In this document: positions 17,330 through 27,156 of the stretch, in pieces | Layout of the letters: each line of letters opens with the position of its first letter | Numbering within the stretch: the stretch's first letter is position 1 | DNA from: an uncultured virus (IMG/VR IMGVR_UViG_3300017782_006724) | Taxonomy: Duplodnaviria; Heunggongvirae; Uroviricota; Caudoviricetes | Virus record (IMG/VR): IMGVR_UViG_3300017782_006724 | Length of the DNA: 64,000 nt | Reading direction: 5' to 3' (one strand) | Program-made: the position numbers and the translations under genes | Notes under the pieces: model-generated | What the model was told of the DNA's origin: nothing | The model's database searches: none | Seen by the model: only the letters and a program-made list of their open reading frames with translations

Positions 17330-18388
17330 TTGGCCTACACTTTTTTTCCTACACAGCAATCTGAGATTAGGAAAGAGTTAGCTGATTTTTCTAAGGACAA
17401 CCTTAAGGAAATTGAATCACTTTTTGCTCTTTTAAGAAATAAATCAAAAACGCCTATTAATATTGATCCTGCAAAGAGATCAAATGTAAATATATCACGC
17501 GAATTATCTGATGAAATATCTCTAGCCGATATTAGGAAAAAAGCAAATTTGGATAAAATAAAAATTAAATATGGTAATGGTTCTTCTGGTAACAGAGGTG
17601 CAAACAACCGTGGTAATTTATTTGAACCTCAATTTGCAGAAGCTTTGTTAAATTGGTGGGCTGGTGAGGATGTTGCCAATGATGTAATAATGTCCTCAAT
17701 TAAATATTTGGATAAGGTATACGATATATCCAATTCAACAAAATTTAAAGTTAATGTTGTTGGTGGTGAAAATACAAGACGGCCACTTAAATTTGGATCA
17801 AAGATTGAATTGACAAACCCAAAAGGTACAGGATTTGATGTCGGCGAATCAGTGACCGATATTACATTGGAACTTGATAAAAAAGAAGTTTACCTATCAT
17901 TAAAGCTTGGCGGTACTACAACATTTTTTAATGTTGGCATAAAAACAATTTTAACAACTGCAGAAATTAAAAAAGGCAAGATTACAAATAGAAATGGTCT
18001 AAAACTATTAGGCCTTTTTGGCATTGATCCTGCCAAATTTTGTAATATATTTAATGGTTCTGGAAAAGGATTTATTGATAAGAATCCAGGGTTTAGCAAA
18101 ACTGCATTACAAAATTTATTACAATCCGGAATAGGATTCGGCTATTGTATTGTTCATAAAAAAGGTAGTAAAATACACACCAAAAAAATGGACAAAAAAG
18201 ATATGATAAAGGCCGCGACCATTACCGGTAAACCTATAATTTATTATGGTGGTAAAGGTGGTAAAGGTAAACGAATTGATGTGGAGTTTGAATCAAGCGC
18301 ATACCGATTTAAGATAAATATAAGAGACACACAAGGCGGTGATGGTTATCCAACCCGTATGATGTGTGATTTTACGGATAAAAAATGA
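17330..18388 (+). CDS. Putative PD-(D/E)xK-like endonuclease-fold protein
   Basis: G..FE and TDITL...VYLSLK motif spacing; TTG start with AGGAG RBS. Confidence 0.5.
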   Translation: MAYTFFPTQQSEIRKELADFSKDNLKEIESLFALLRNKSKTPINIDPAKRSNVNISRELSDEISLADIRKKANLDKIKIKYGNGSSGNRGANNRGNLFEPQFAEALLNWWAGEDVANDVIMSSIKYLDKVYDISNSTKFKVNVVGGENTRRPLKFGSKIELTNPKGTGFDVGESVTDITLELDKKEVYLSLKLGGTTTFFNVGIKTILTTAEIKKGKITNRNGLKLLGLFGIDPAKFCNIFNGSGKGFIDKNPGFSKTALQNLLQSGIGFGYCIVHKKGSKIHTKKMDKKDMIKAATITGKPIIYYGGKGGKGKRIDVEFESSAYRFKINIRDTQGGDGYPTRMMCDFTDKK

Positions 18389-19611
18389 TTAATTTTAATG
18401 AATTTATAACAGAGCAGAAAAACACACATATGACTCACATTGAGGACAAGGTTCTTTATGGTGGTGTCGATGGAACACGTGAGGCTATTCTTGCTTTAAA
18501 GGCCCTTAAAAATATGATAGGAGGTGTGAAGGATGGTAACATTAGTATTAAATGGGACGGTGCTCCTGCTGTGTTTGCTGGGACTGATCCACGTGATGGC
18601 AGATTCTTCGTGGCTAAAAAAGGAATCTTTAATGCGAAGCCCAAGGTATACAAGAATCATGCAGATATCGACGCTGATACTAGTGGTGATCTTTCTACAA
18701 AACTTAAGCTCTCTTTGGATCATTTTGCAGATCTAGGAATAAAAGGAGTAATTCAGGGCGATTTGTTATTTGGATCAAAGGATATTAAAACTAAAAAAAT
18801 TAAAGGACAATCATATGTCACTTTTCACCCTAATACAATTCTTTATGCCGTGCCAGCAAATACTTCAATGGCCAAAGAAATTAAAAGGGCAAAGGTAGGT
18901 ATTGTGTGGCATACAACATATACAGGTAAAACATTTGAAACAATGAAGGCTTCATATGGTGTAAATGTAGCTGCGCTTAAAAAAACGGCCAATGTTTGGC
19001 AACAAGATGCCATGTTACGTGATATGACCAATTATACCATGAATTCTAAAGATACTGAGGAAGTAACCAAATATCTTTCCGATGCGGGTAAAATATTTAA
19101 TAAAATTAGTGGTTCCACATTACGTACATTGAAGGCTGATCAAAATTTAGCTCAACACATTGAAACATTTAACAATACATATGTTCGCAAAGGTGAGGTT
19201 GTAGGTAATACCAGAGCTCATACCATAAAATTAATTAATTGGATTAAACAAAAATACCAAAAAGAAATAAATGCCAGAAAAACAGAAAAAGGTAAAAGTG
19301 GACAACAAAAGAAATTAGACAATTTACTTTCATTTTTTTCACCACAAAATAAAACATCTCTTGAAATGATGTTTGAATTACAAAAGGTTATAGTTCTTGC
19401 GAAATTAAAAATTATAAATATATTAAACAAATTGAATAACGTAGAAACATTTTTACAAACTAAAAAAGGATATCAAACAACAGGCCAGGAAGGTTATGTT
19501 GCAATAGATAAACTTGGTGGTGACGCGGTGAAAATTGTTGATAGGATGGAATTTTCCTATGCCAACTTTTCGCCAGATATATTAAAAGGATGGGATAAAC
19601 CAGGGAGATAA
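18385..19611 (+). CDS. Conserved T4-like phage protein (NTHMTHIED; KWDGAPA, nucleotidyltransferase/ligase-like)
   Basis: KWDG, QGDLLF, EGYV and KIVDR motifs resemble ligase-fold motifs. Confidence 0.7.
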   Translation: MINFNEFITEQKNTHMTHIEDKVLYGGVDGTREAILALKALKNMIGGVKDGNISIKWDGAPAVFAGTDPRDGRFFVAKKGIFNAKPKVYKNHADIDADTSGDLSTKLKLSLDHFADLGIKGVIQGDLLFGSKDIKTKKIKGQSYVTFHPNTILYAVPANTSMAKEIKRAKVGIVWHTTYTGKTFETMKASYGVNVAALKKTANVWQQDAMLRDMTNYTMNSKDTEEVTKYLSDAGKIFNKISGSTLRTLKADQNLAQHIETFNNTYVRKGEVVGNTRAHTIKLINWIKQKYQKEINARKTEKGKSGQQKKLDNLLSFFSPQNKTSLEMMFELQKVIVLAKLKIINILNKLNNVETFLQTKKGYQTTGQEGYVAIDKLGGDAVKIVDRMEFSYANFSPDILKGWDKPGR

Positions 19612-19613
19612 AC

Positions 19614-19982
19614 ATGCTTAATTTTTTAGCATTCCTAAATGAAGAAAATGATGTGGAAGAAGGCCTTTCCTTAACAGGCCGCCGTAAATTAGCTCGTACA
19701 GCTAAAAGACGTAAAGCCCAATTAAAATTAGCACGAAAAAGAGCTCGTAGGCGACTAGCCAAAAAAGATGTGCTTAAAAGAAGAGCACGCAGAGGCGTTC
19801 GTGCACAAATAGCCAAAAAATTATTACGTGGTCAAGATAAGAGCAATGTTTCAGTAGCACGTAAAAAAGATATTGAAAATCGCTTATCAAGTAAGAGATT
19901 TCAAACAAGAATTGCATATATGTCAAAACGTCTTATGCCGAAAAAACGTCGTGATGAATTACAAAGGAAAAAGCAAGGGTGA
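19614..19982 (+). CDS. Highly basic putative head-internal protein
   Basis: MLNFLAFLNEE leader then an Arg/Lys-rich body. Confidence 0.65.
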   Translation: MLNFLAFLNEENDVEEGLSLTGRRKLARTAKRRKAQLKLARKRARRRLAKKDVLKRRARRGVRAQIAKKLLRGQDKSNVSVARKKDIENRLSSKRFQTRIAYMSKRLMPKKRRDELQRKKQG

Positions 19983-21028
19983 TTAGGTCATTTAAAAATT
20001 ATTTAGTTGAAGAAGAAAAGACCGTATACTTTACGTTTGGTCGTATGAATCCTCCTACTATTGGTCATGAAAAACTAATGGATAAACTATCCAGTTCATC
20101 TGCAAAAAATCCATATAGAATTTACTTATCACAATCTCAGGATAAAAATAAAAATCCATTGGACTATAAAGCCAAAGTTAAACTAGCACGTAAAATGTTT
20201 CCAAAACATGCCAGACAAATATTATCAGATAAAGGTGTTAAAACCGCAATTGAGGCCGCAGTTAAATTATATAACGAAGGATTTAAAAAAATTGTAATGG
20301 TTGTAGGTTCGGACCGAATTAGAGAATTTGATACCTTATTAAATAAATATAATGGTATAAAAGCTAGACATGGGTTTTATAATTTTCAAACCATAAATGT
20401 TATTTCTGCTGGAGATAGAGATCCGGATGCCGAGGGTTCTAGTGGTATGTCTGCATCCAAAATGAGAACAGCAGCAAAACAAAATGATTTTACATCTTTT
20501 GCCCAAGGTTTACCAAAGGGTGTGTCCAATTCTGAAGCCAAAACTACCTTTAATCAAATTAGAAAAGCAATGGGTTTAAAGGAACAAAAAGAATTTAAAA
20601 ATCATATTCAATTAAAACCTGTATCAGAAACTAGAGAAAATTATATTTCCGGCGACTTATTTAATGCCGGTGATATTGTTGTAATAAAAGAGACTGGTCA
20701 AATTGCAAGTGTAAAACACCTTGGATCAAATTATGTTATTTTGGAAGATGCGTCACGAAAATGGCTTGATGATGTGAAAAAGGTTAATACGGAAAATAAG
20801 GAAGGACCTCAAGATCCAGAGATTAAGGATATGAAAGGGACCCAACCAAAAGGATATTATGCAGGTTTAAAAAAAGGCACAAAAAAGAATAGACATTCCC
20901 AGTTTAAAAAACAGTCAAAAATGTCCGATGATAATCCGGCCGCGTATAAAAAGGCACCAGGTGATAAAAAGAAAACAAAATTAAGTAAACACACAATTAA
21001 ATTTAGACAAATGTTTGGAGATGATTAA
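19979..21028 (+). CDS. Cytidylyltransferase-like (HIGH-superfamily) protein
   Basis: TFGRMNPPTIGH, VVGSDR, MSASKMR. Confidence 0.85.
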   Translation: MIRSFKNYLVEEEKTVYFTFGRMNPPTIGHEKLMDKLSSSSAKNPYRIYLSQSQDKNKNPLDYKAKVKLARKMFPKHARQILSDKGVKTAIEAAVKLYNEGFKKIVMVVGSDRIREFDTLLNKYNGIKARHGFYNFQTINVISAGDRDPDAEGSSGMSASKMRTAAKQNDFTSFAQGLPKGVSNSEAKTTFNQIRKAMGLKEQKEFKNHIQLKPVSETRENYISGDLFNAGDIVVIKETGQIASVKHLGSNYVILEDASRKWLDDVKKVNTENKEGPQDPEIKDMKGTQPKGYYAGLKKGTKKNRHSQFKKQSKMSDDNPAAYKKAPGDKKKTKLSKHTIKFRQMFGDD

Positions 21029-21285
21029 TGAAATTTAAGGAACATACATCTGTAATGGAAGATGCTGATTCAGGACTTAAGAAAAAAGCAGAAAAATCAG
21101 GTATGCCATTAGGGATATTAAGAAAAGTTTATAACCGTGGTATGGCGGCATGGAAATCAGGTCATCGTCCAGGCGCCACTCAACAACAATGGGGATATGC
21201 AAGGGTCAACTCTTTTATTACCAAAGGTAAAGGTACCTGGGGTAAGGCAGATTCTGATTTAGCAGCAAAGGTAAGGAGTAAATAA
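21028..21285 (+). CDS. Small basic conserved phage protein
   Basis: LRKVYNRGMAAW.SGHRPG..QQWGYARVNSF. Confidence 0.75.
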   Translation: MKFKEHTSVMEDADSGLKKKAEKSGMPLGILRKVYNRGMAAWKSGHRPGATQQQWGYARVNSFITKGKGTWGKADSDLAAKVRSK

Positions 21286-21750
21286 ATGAAAACCTTTTGG
21301 GAACTCAGAGATGAGATAAAAAATGAATCTAAAGTAAATGAAATATCAAAAAATCTTGCAAGGAAATATGTAAATAGAGCTGCAATAGATATGTTTCATA
21401 AAGGACGAGATCAAGGTGCGGCTGATACAATAGCTAAAGCTGGTGGTAAACATCCAGATCAAGAATATAAAGGTGGGCCCGAGTTTAAAGGTGCACGAAG
21501 AGCTGGTGGTATCATGAGAGCAACACGAAAGCTTATGAAAAAGGAAGCAATGTCTGATGCTGAAAAGAAAGCTCATGCCGCGTCAATTGCTGCATTTAAA
21601 GCTAAAGGTGGTAAAGTTAAAAAACTTAAGCCAGGTTATGCTCAAGGATATCACGGTAAAGATGATCTTGGAACTGGAATGCATGGTATGATGGATAAAG
21701 GCGATACAAAGTTTATGTCTAAGAAAAAAGTAGGGAGCATGAAACGATGA
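21286..21750 (+). CDS. Putative head-internal protein
   Basis: MKTFWELRDEIK leader; basic. Confidence 0.65.
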   Translation: MKTFWELRDEIKNESKVNEISKNLARKYVNRAAIDMFHKGRDQGAADTIAKAGGKHPDQEYKGGPEFKGARRAGGIMRATRKLMKKEAMSDAEKKAHAASIAAFKAKGGKVKKLKPGYAQGYHGKDDLGTGMHGMMDKGDTKFMSKKKVGSMKR

Positions 21751-21968
21751 GTCTAGCCAAAGCAATTAATAAAGTTAAACAAAGTTTAATTGAAAAAAAT
21801 ATAGAAGAAGATCGTAAAGCTGGCAAATATAAAAAAGGTGAGATGATTGTTTCTGGTCAATGGCCTAATCCTGATCGATGGGCTAAAGAATATATTATGC
21901 CTAATGTAGATAAAAAAGGTGTTCGTATATACTCAGATGGACCGTCATTTAAAATAGAAAAGTTATAG
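21747..21968 (+). CDS. Hypothetical protein
   Basis: Operonic ORF with GGGAG RBS. Confidence 0.6.
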   Translation: MSLAKAINKVKQSLIEKNIEEDRKAGKYKKGEMIVSGQWPNPDRWAKEYIMPNVDKKGVRIYSDGPSFKIEKL

Positions 21969-21979
21969 GAGCAATTTCA

Positions 21980-22312
21980 ATGAAAACCTTTTGGGAACTC
22001 AGAGATGAGATAAAAGAAAAGGAAGATGTTAGTGAAATTAGTAACAAAACAATTGATAGTTACAAGGATAAGGCTGGTAAACAATATAACAAGGCCGCTG
22101 GTAAAATGGGTAGTTCTGCTAAGGCTAAAAAGACTTTTGTTAAAAGACATAAAGGTCTTGGTTCAGTAATAAAAAGAGATTTAGTTAAAAAAAGTGGTCA
22201 GTCTATGGTTACAAAGATGGGTAGAGGCCAAGATATTATGAAAGGTCAAGGCGGCCATGCGTTAACAGCTAAACCTGCTAATAAATTAGCAAAGTCATAT
22301 AAGGATAGATAA
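21980..22312 (+). CDS. Putative head-internal protein
   Basis: MKTFWELRDEIK leader; EISNKTIDSYKDKA motif. Confidence 0.65.
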   Translation: MKTFWELRDEIKEKEDVSEISNKTIDSYKDKAGKQYNKAAGKMGSSAKAKKTFVKRHKGLGSVIKRDLVKKSGQSMVTKMGRGQDIMKGQGGHALTAKPANKLAKSYKDR

Positions 22313-22699
22313 ATGCCATTAGGAAAAAATGCAGATGCTGGTGATTATGTAGATGATTTTAAAAAGTCCAAGGCACCACAGTTTAAAGGTAAGTCAGATA
22401 AGAAAAAACGGCAGATGGCCATTGCTGCATTTTTAGATGCCCGTAAAAAGAAAAAATCTGTTGATGAATCTGTAACTGAAGCTGTAGTTGATTTTGACTC
22501 ACCTGGAATGATGTTTAAGGTATCGGTTGAAGGATTGCCTGATATGTTTATGGCTGGTCGAGGGCCTAGTGATATTAAAGCACAATTAAGAAAAATTGTA
22601 AAACAACCATCTATGATTCAAAGTGTAAAACGTATGCCTAAAACGGCAGTTAAAAAAATGTTTAGAGATATATTTCAAGGTCGGGAGGAAGAGGAATGA
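22313..22699 (+). CDS. Hypothetical conserved T4-like protein
   Basis: DF.KSKAPQFKGKS.KK.RQMAIAA motif. Confidence 0.7.
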   Translation: MPLGKNADAGDYVDDFKKSKAPQFKGKSDKKKRQMAIAAFLDARKKKKSVDESVTEAVVDFDSPGMMFKVSVEGLPDMFMAGRGPSDIKAQLRKIVKQPSMIQSVKRMPKTAVKKMFRDIFQGREEEE

Positions 22700-23517
22700 A
22701 ATCTTTTACGGAATATAAGTATGATTACGGTTCTCCAGAATCCGTTAAATTAATGAAAAAGGTAACCCCTGGTCAAAACGAGGCAATTGTTGATCCTAGA
22801 GATCTAAGAGGTAGACCAAAGAAAGCAGATTCACATCCAGATTCACCTTATGGTAGAAAACACCCACTTCATCCTGCTAACTTAGCAAAGAAGAATAATA
22901 AGAAAACAAAAACAGAGGCAACATGGCCAGACGAAATGCCTAAAGAGGAACTTGATGAGGCAATTAAACAAACACATATTGTTATCAATCCTCAAGGTAA
23001 GGTAATTGGGTATGCTACTGATGAAAAGGGTGCTAAAAGCCTTGCAAAAAACAATATTAGAAAAGAAAACGGTGCAGTCGTTAAACTTAAAACTCCAATA
23101 TCTAACAAGAAAGCACAGGATATGATGGGTGGAAATTTAACAAGAGATATGTTAAATAAACTTAGAGAGGAAGACGAAAAGGATCCTAGTGAATATGACG
23201 AGGAAGGTCTGATGATGAAAGACCAATTGGATATTGTAATGGATGCTGCAGATGAAATTTATGACATAGTAAGTGATAATGAAAATTTGCCAGAGTGGTG
23301 TCAAAATAAAATTACCAAGGCGGCAGATTATATTGACTCAGTTCGCGATTATTTAAAATCACAAAAAACAACCAGTGAAGGTTCTGGACCCTCAATGGCT
23401 GATTTACAAAAAAGAGCTAATATAAACCGACCCGATCAAAATAAACTTCTTAAAATCAGGCAAATGCTTGATAAAGAAAAAACAAATTTTAACAAAAATA
23501 AGATGAAATCAAAATGA
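22696..23517 (+). CDS. Putative head-internal/processed protein
   Basis: MKSFTEY leader; EG.MMKDQL...LPEWCQ.KIT.AADYI. Confidence 0.65.
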   Translation: MKSFTEYKYDYGSPESVKLMKKVTPGQNEAIVDPRDLRGRPKKADSHPDSPYGRKHPLHPANLAKKNNKKTKTEATWPDEMPKEELDEAIKQTHIVINPQGKVIGYATDEKGAKSLAKNNIRKENGAVVKLKTPISNKKAQDMMGGNLTRDMLNKLREEDEKDPSEYDEEGLMMKDQLDIVMDAADEIYDIVSDNENLPEWCQNKITKAADYIDSVRDYLKSQKTTSEGSGPSMADLQKRANINRPDQNKLLKIRQMLDKEKTNFNKNKMKSK

Positions 23518-23819
23518 TCAAATTTAAACAATTTCATGAAGAAAAAGATTCAAGACTTGCAAAAGCTGGAGTGTCTGGTTTTAATAAAGCAAAGAGAACT
23601 CCTGGGCATGCAAAATCAAGTCATATTGTAGTCGCAAAAGCTGGAGACAAAATAAAAACAATTCGTTTTGGTCAACAGGGTGTTTCTGGTTCACCACCAA
23701 AGGAAGGCGAATCAAAATCACATGCTGCACGTCGCCGTAGTTTTAAAGCTAGGCATGCCAAGAATATTGCAAAAGGTAAAATGTCAGCGGCATATTGGGC
23801 AGACAAAGAAAAATGGTAA
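23514..23819 (+). CDS. Small basic conserved viral protein
   Basis: IRFGQQG...RRRSFKARH...SAAYWA.KW. Confidence 0.75.
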   Translation: MIKFKQFHEEKDSRLAKAGVSGFNKAKRTPGHAKSSHIVVAKAGDKIKTIRFGQQGVSGSPPKEGESKSHAARRRSFKARHAKNIAKGKMSAAYWADKEKW

Positions 23820-23851
23820 AAGTTTAAATTTATTCATATGGGAAAAATGAA

Positions 23852-24133
23852 ATGGCAACAGAAACAACTGGCAAAAGGCTAGATCGAATAGAAGAAAAAT
23901 TGGATAAACTCACCGATGCTATGGTTGCCATAGCTCGCACAGAAGAAAAGATGGTAGCATTGCAAGACGATCATGAAAATATGAGAAACAGACTTAATAA
24001 ACATTCTGAAAAACTTGATGAAATTGAACGAATCGTTTTAGATAATCATAAAACTGTGTGTTTTATACACAAATTATTTTGGGTCGCACTTGTGGCCGCG
24101 ACGGGCGTAATCGCCACTAATCTATGGATGTAA
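23852..24133 (+). CDS. Coiled-coil protein with C-terminal TM
   Basis: RLDRIEEKLDKL...ARTEEK; hydrophobic C-terminus. Confidence 0.7.
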   Translation: MATETTGKRLDRIEEKLDKLTDAMVAIARTEEKMVALQDDHENMRNRLNKHSEKLDEIERIVLDNHKTVCFIHKLFWVALVAATGVIATNLWM

Positions 24134-24143
24134 GGAGATATAA

Positions 24144-25358
24144 ATGAAACATCTTATTAAAAAAATAACCGAGATGGCCACTCAACAACCGGCCGAAGAA
24201 ATTCAAGAGGATGCAATGAAAACTGTTACATCTGCTGATAAAAAACCTCAGAATTATAGAAAACCTGATGGTACAATGGGCACAAGAATGGTTCCTGCGG
24301 ATCCAAAAAAGGCACCACCCGCTGCAGAAGGTAAAATGGATCCTGTAGGACAAGCAGATGCCGATATTGATAATGATGGTGATGTCGATAAATCTGATAA
24401 ATATCTACACAATCGTCGTAAGGCTATTAAAAAAGCTATAACCAAAAAGAAGGACCCACAAGGGGAAAATGGAGATACAGCAACTATGAATCCTAAAAAA
24501 GAATCTACAATTCGTTCAAGATTACTTTCTATATTTGAAGGCGATCGTGCAAAACACTATAAAGGTGCTGCTGAAGCCGAAACCATGGACGACAAATATA
24601 AAGGCAATGGTGCTAAAAAAATGAAAAAGGATCATGAAGGTCCTACTGTTGATATTGAAAAACAAAGTCATGATGATGCATCTAAGGCTGGCCGAGCAGT
24701 AAAAGCAAAGGCAAAGGCTAGAAGCGGTAATGATGCCGTAAATTCTGGAGATCAAAATATTGTAAATCCAGTAAAGGAAAACCAATCAGTGTATACTAAA
24801 AAACAAGGAGAAGTAAACATGAATAAAGATTTTAATAAAACTATTGCTGCCTATCTTTCAATGTATGAGACAAAGGAAGAAGCTTTGGATGAACTATCCA
24901 AGGGCACTCTTGGTGGCTATATAAAAAAGGCCGGGCAATCACACGCCAATATGTCAACCAAAGCATCAAGTAAGGATGGTACTGCAAAATTTGGATCAGA
25001 TGATGAAAAATCAAACCAAAAAAGAATTAAAAAGGTAGATACACGTGGAGTGGGTATTAATAGAGCAATTAATAAACTTGTTAAAAAAGAAGGTTCCCTG
25101 GGCGAATTATCCAAAAAAACAATTGGTAGTTATGTAAAGAAAGCTATCGGTCACGATGATTATGATGAAAGACCTACTCTAGGAAATATTAAACAAGCAT
25201 CGTCCATGAAAGATAAGCAAAGAAAACATTCTATGCTAGGTACTCAATATGCCACAAGTAAGGATGGTAAATCTAGATTAAGCCATGATATGCTAAAAAA
25301 GATGAAGGCAAAAAGAAAACAAGGTATTGCTACTGCAGTTAAAAAACTTCAGAAATAA
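24144..25358 (+). CDS. Low-complexity charged protein, putative prohead core/internal protein
   Basis: DADIDNDGDVDKSDKYLH.RRKAI motif; two ELSK.T.G.Y.KKA repeats. Confidence 0.7.
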   Translation: MKHLIKKITEMATQQPAEEIQEDAMKTVTSADKKPQNYRKPDGTMGTRMVPADPKKAPPAAEGKMDPVGQADADIDNDGDVDKSDKYLHNRRKAIKKAITKKKDPQGENGDTATMNPKKESTIRSRLLSIFEGDRAKHYKGAAEAETMDDKYKGNGAKKMKKDHEGPTVDIEKQSHDDASKAGRAVKAKAKARSGNDAVNSGDQNIVNPVKENQSVYTKKQGEVNMNKDFNKTIAAYLSMYETKEEALDELSKGTLGGYIKKAGQSHANMSTKASSKDGTAKFGSDDEKSNQKRIKKVDTRGVGINRAINKLVKKEGSLGELSKKTIGSYVKKAIGHDDYDERPTLGNIKQASSMKDKQRKHSMLGTQYATSKDGKSRLSHDMLKKMKAKRKQGIATAVKKLQK

Positions 25359-25372
25359 AGGAAACACATAGA

Positions 25373-25684
25373 ATGATACAACCACCAGCATATAAAAAGA
25401 ATGCAGTTCCTAGTCCAAGAGGATGGAGACATCCTCGAACAGGTGAATTATTAAAAAAGACAAAATTATCTGAAAAGGAAATTAATGAATATTTACTTGC
25501 TCAAGGTACTATTTCTGCTCCCGAGATAGAAGTGGTTGATGTTTTTAAAGATAAAACACCTTATGTTTTGGATTCTATGAGCAAAAATCAATTAATTGCA
25601 ACTGCTGAGGAATGGGGTATCGAAATTGATCCTAAGGCAACAAAGGCCGTAATAAAAGCAAAACTTGATGAGGAAGTGGTTTAA
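25373..25684 (+). CDS. Hypothetical protein
   Basis: RGWRHPRTGELL; C-terminal helix-extension-helix-like segment. Confidence 0.65.
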   Translation: MIQPPAYKKNAVPSPRGWRHPRTGELLKKTKLSEKEINEYLLAQGTISAPEIEVVDVFKDKTPYVLDSMSKNQLIATAEEWGIEIDPKATKAVIKAKLDEEVV

Positions 25685-25703
25685 TTTATTAATATATAAA
25701 TGT

Positions 25704-26072
25704 ATGATTGTATTTAATGAATTAACCGAAAATAATTTATTCCTATATGCCGCAAAGCATTATAGGAATCCTGGATTTACTGATATCGAAGAATTTTATG
25801 AGGATATCAAAAGATTTAAGTATATAAAAAGACTCTTAAATCGCTATATTGAACATGATGAACTTGCCGAAAGATTAATTTTAAACCACCTAATTGTGGT
25901 GTTTAATTCATTTGGTATTGAAGGAGCTTTAAATATTTTGGAATTAAAAATGAATAAAGGCCATTGGCCTGTTTTAAAACCATTTTTAGTGTATTTAAAA
26001 TATATTAAGGACGATCAATATATAGGTATTAATCTTGATCCAGGCGTTGTGGATAAATTAAGGGACATTTGA
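25704..26072 (+). CDS. Conserved T4-like phage protein
   Basis: ELTENN..LYAAKHY.NP...EF.ED.KRFKYIKRL...RLILNH. Confidence 0.75.
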   Translation: MIVFNELTENNLFLYAAKHYRNPGFTDIEEFYEDIKRFKYIKRLLNRYIEHDELAERLILNHLIVVFNSFGIEGALNILELKMNKGHWPVLKPFLVYLKYIKDDQYIGINLDPGVVDKLRDI

Positions 26073-26662
26073 TGGGATTAGTAAAAAGAGCAGCAGACCT
26101 TGCATATACATTTAGGTTTATCCGTATGTTGGTTATGGATTGGAAAAATTGGGATGCGTATAAGGAAGGTTTAATAGACGAAAATGGTAAAAGAATTAAA
26201 TCGGTTAAAATGGATACCGACGCAAAAAAGTCTTCTTATACTACTTTTATTCGTCTTGCCGCTAACACTAAACGGTTGCTTTCCAAAATTCCAGGTGGTG
26301 GATCAAAACTTGGTTCTTTCGCTGCCGGTTTATTTTTAATTAAAGAAAAATATAATCTTACCGATAATCATTTGGATAAAATTTTAAATAAACTAAATAT
26401 TGATTCATCAGACATTTTAGCAGAAAAAAATGATTGGTTTGTTTTAAAGGATAAATCAATATCTCCTGGTGTATATAGAATAAAAGATGAAAAAATTATT
26501 AACACCACGTGCGAACCTATGGTATTGTCTAAGGATCAGATAAAAGTTTATGAAGGCATCAACTATCCTGTTGGTGATGTTTTTGGTATGGATATTTATG
26601 AGGCAACTCATGTTAAAACCAATCAAAAAATATATATTACTACATCAGAGATCTATAAATGA
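26069..26662 (+). CDS. Conserved T4-like phage protein
   Basis: AADL.YTFRFIRML...AYK.GLIDENG. Confidence 0.75.
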   Translation: MMGLVKRAADLAYTFRFIRMLVMDWKNWDAYKEGLIDENGKRIKSVKMDTDAKKSSYTTFIRLAANTKRLLSKIPGGGSKLGSFAAGLFLIKEKYNLTDNHLDKILNKLNIDSSDILAEKNDWFVLKDKSISPGVYRIKDEKIINTTCEPMVLSKDQIKVYEGINYPVGDVFGMDIYEATHVKTNQKIYITTSEIYK

Positions 26663-27156
26663 GAATAGCAGGTAGACAAAAAGGTTCTAAAGTAAAACCA
26701 TATACACATATTTTAGTACAACCAAGTGCACCAAAATCTCGTTATGTATTTGCCTATTATAGTTCTGAAGCAAAAGCTAATGCTGCACTTAAAAAATATG
26801 AACCATTAATTGGCAATCCTTTAAAGGTAATTAAACAATCCGGTAAAAGTGGAAACACAGATATGCATGAAAAAAATATAGAAGAAAAAGGTTTAGGCTT
26901 ATGGCACAATATCCACATGAAAAGAAAAAGTGGTAAAAAGATGCGTAAAAAAGGCGAAACAGGAGCACCATCACCTGAAGCAATGGCAAGAGCAAAATCA
27001 GCTAGTGAAATGACTACTACTGCCATGGCTGGTATCCCTCAGGATACAAAGGATATGGGCCCAAGATTTAGTACAACAAGTGTATTAGATCGTAGAAAGA
27101 AAAAAAGGCCTGCATTATTAAAAAGATTTTCTAGGTTTATAGAACCAAATGATTAA
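26659..27156 (+). CDS. Basic hypothetical protein
   Basis: GLWHNIHMKRK.G.KMRKKG motif. Confidence 0.65.
   Translation: MRIAGRQKGSKVKPYTHILVQPSAPKSRYVFAYYSSEAKANAALKKYEPLIGNPLKVIKQSGKSGNTDMHEKNIEEKGLGLWHNIHMKRKSGKKMRKKGETGAPSPEAMARAKSASEMTTTAMAGIPQDTKDMGPRFSTTSVLDRRKKKRPALLKRFSRFIEPND

Larger units (their letters stand above)
21285..22015 (+). repeat. Exact 37-bp direct repeat at two gene starts (21285-21321 and 21979-22015)
   Basis: AATGAAAACCTTTTGGGAACTCAGAGATGAGATAAAA occurs twice. Confidence 0.9.
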
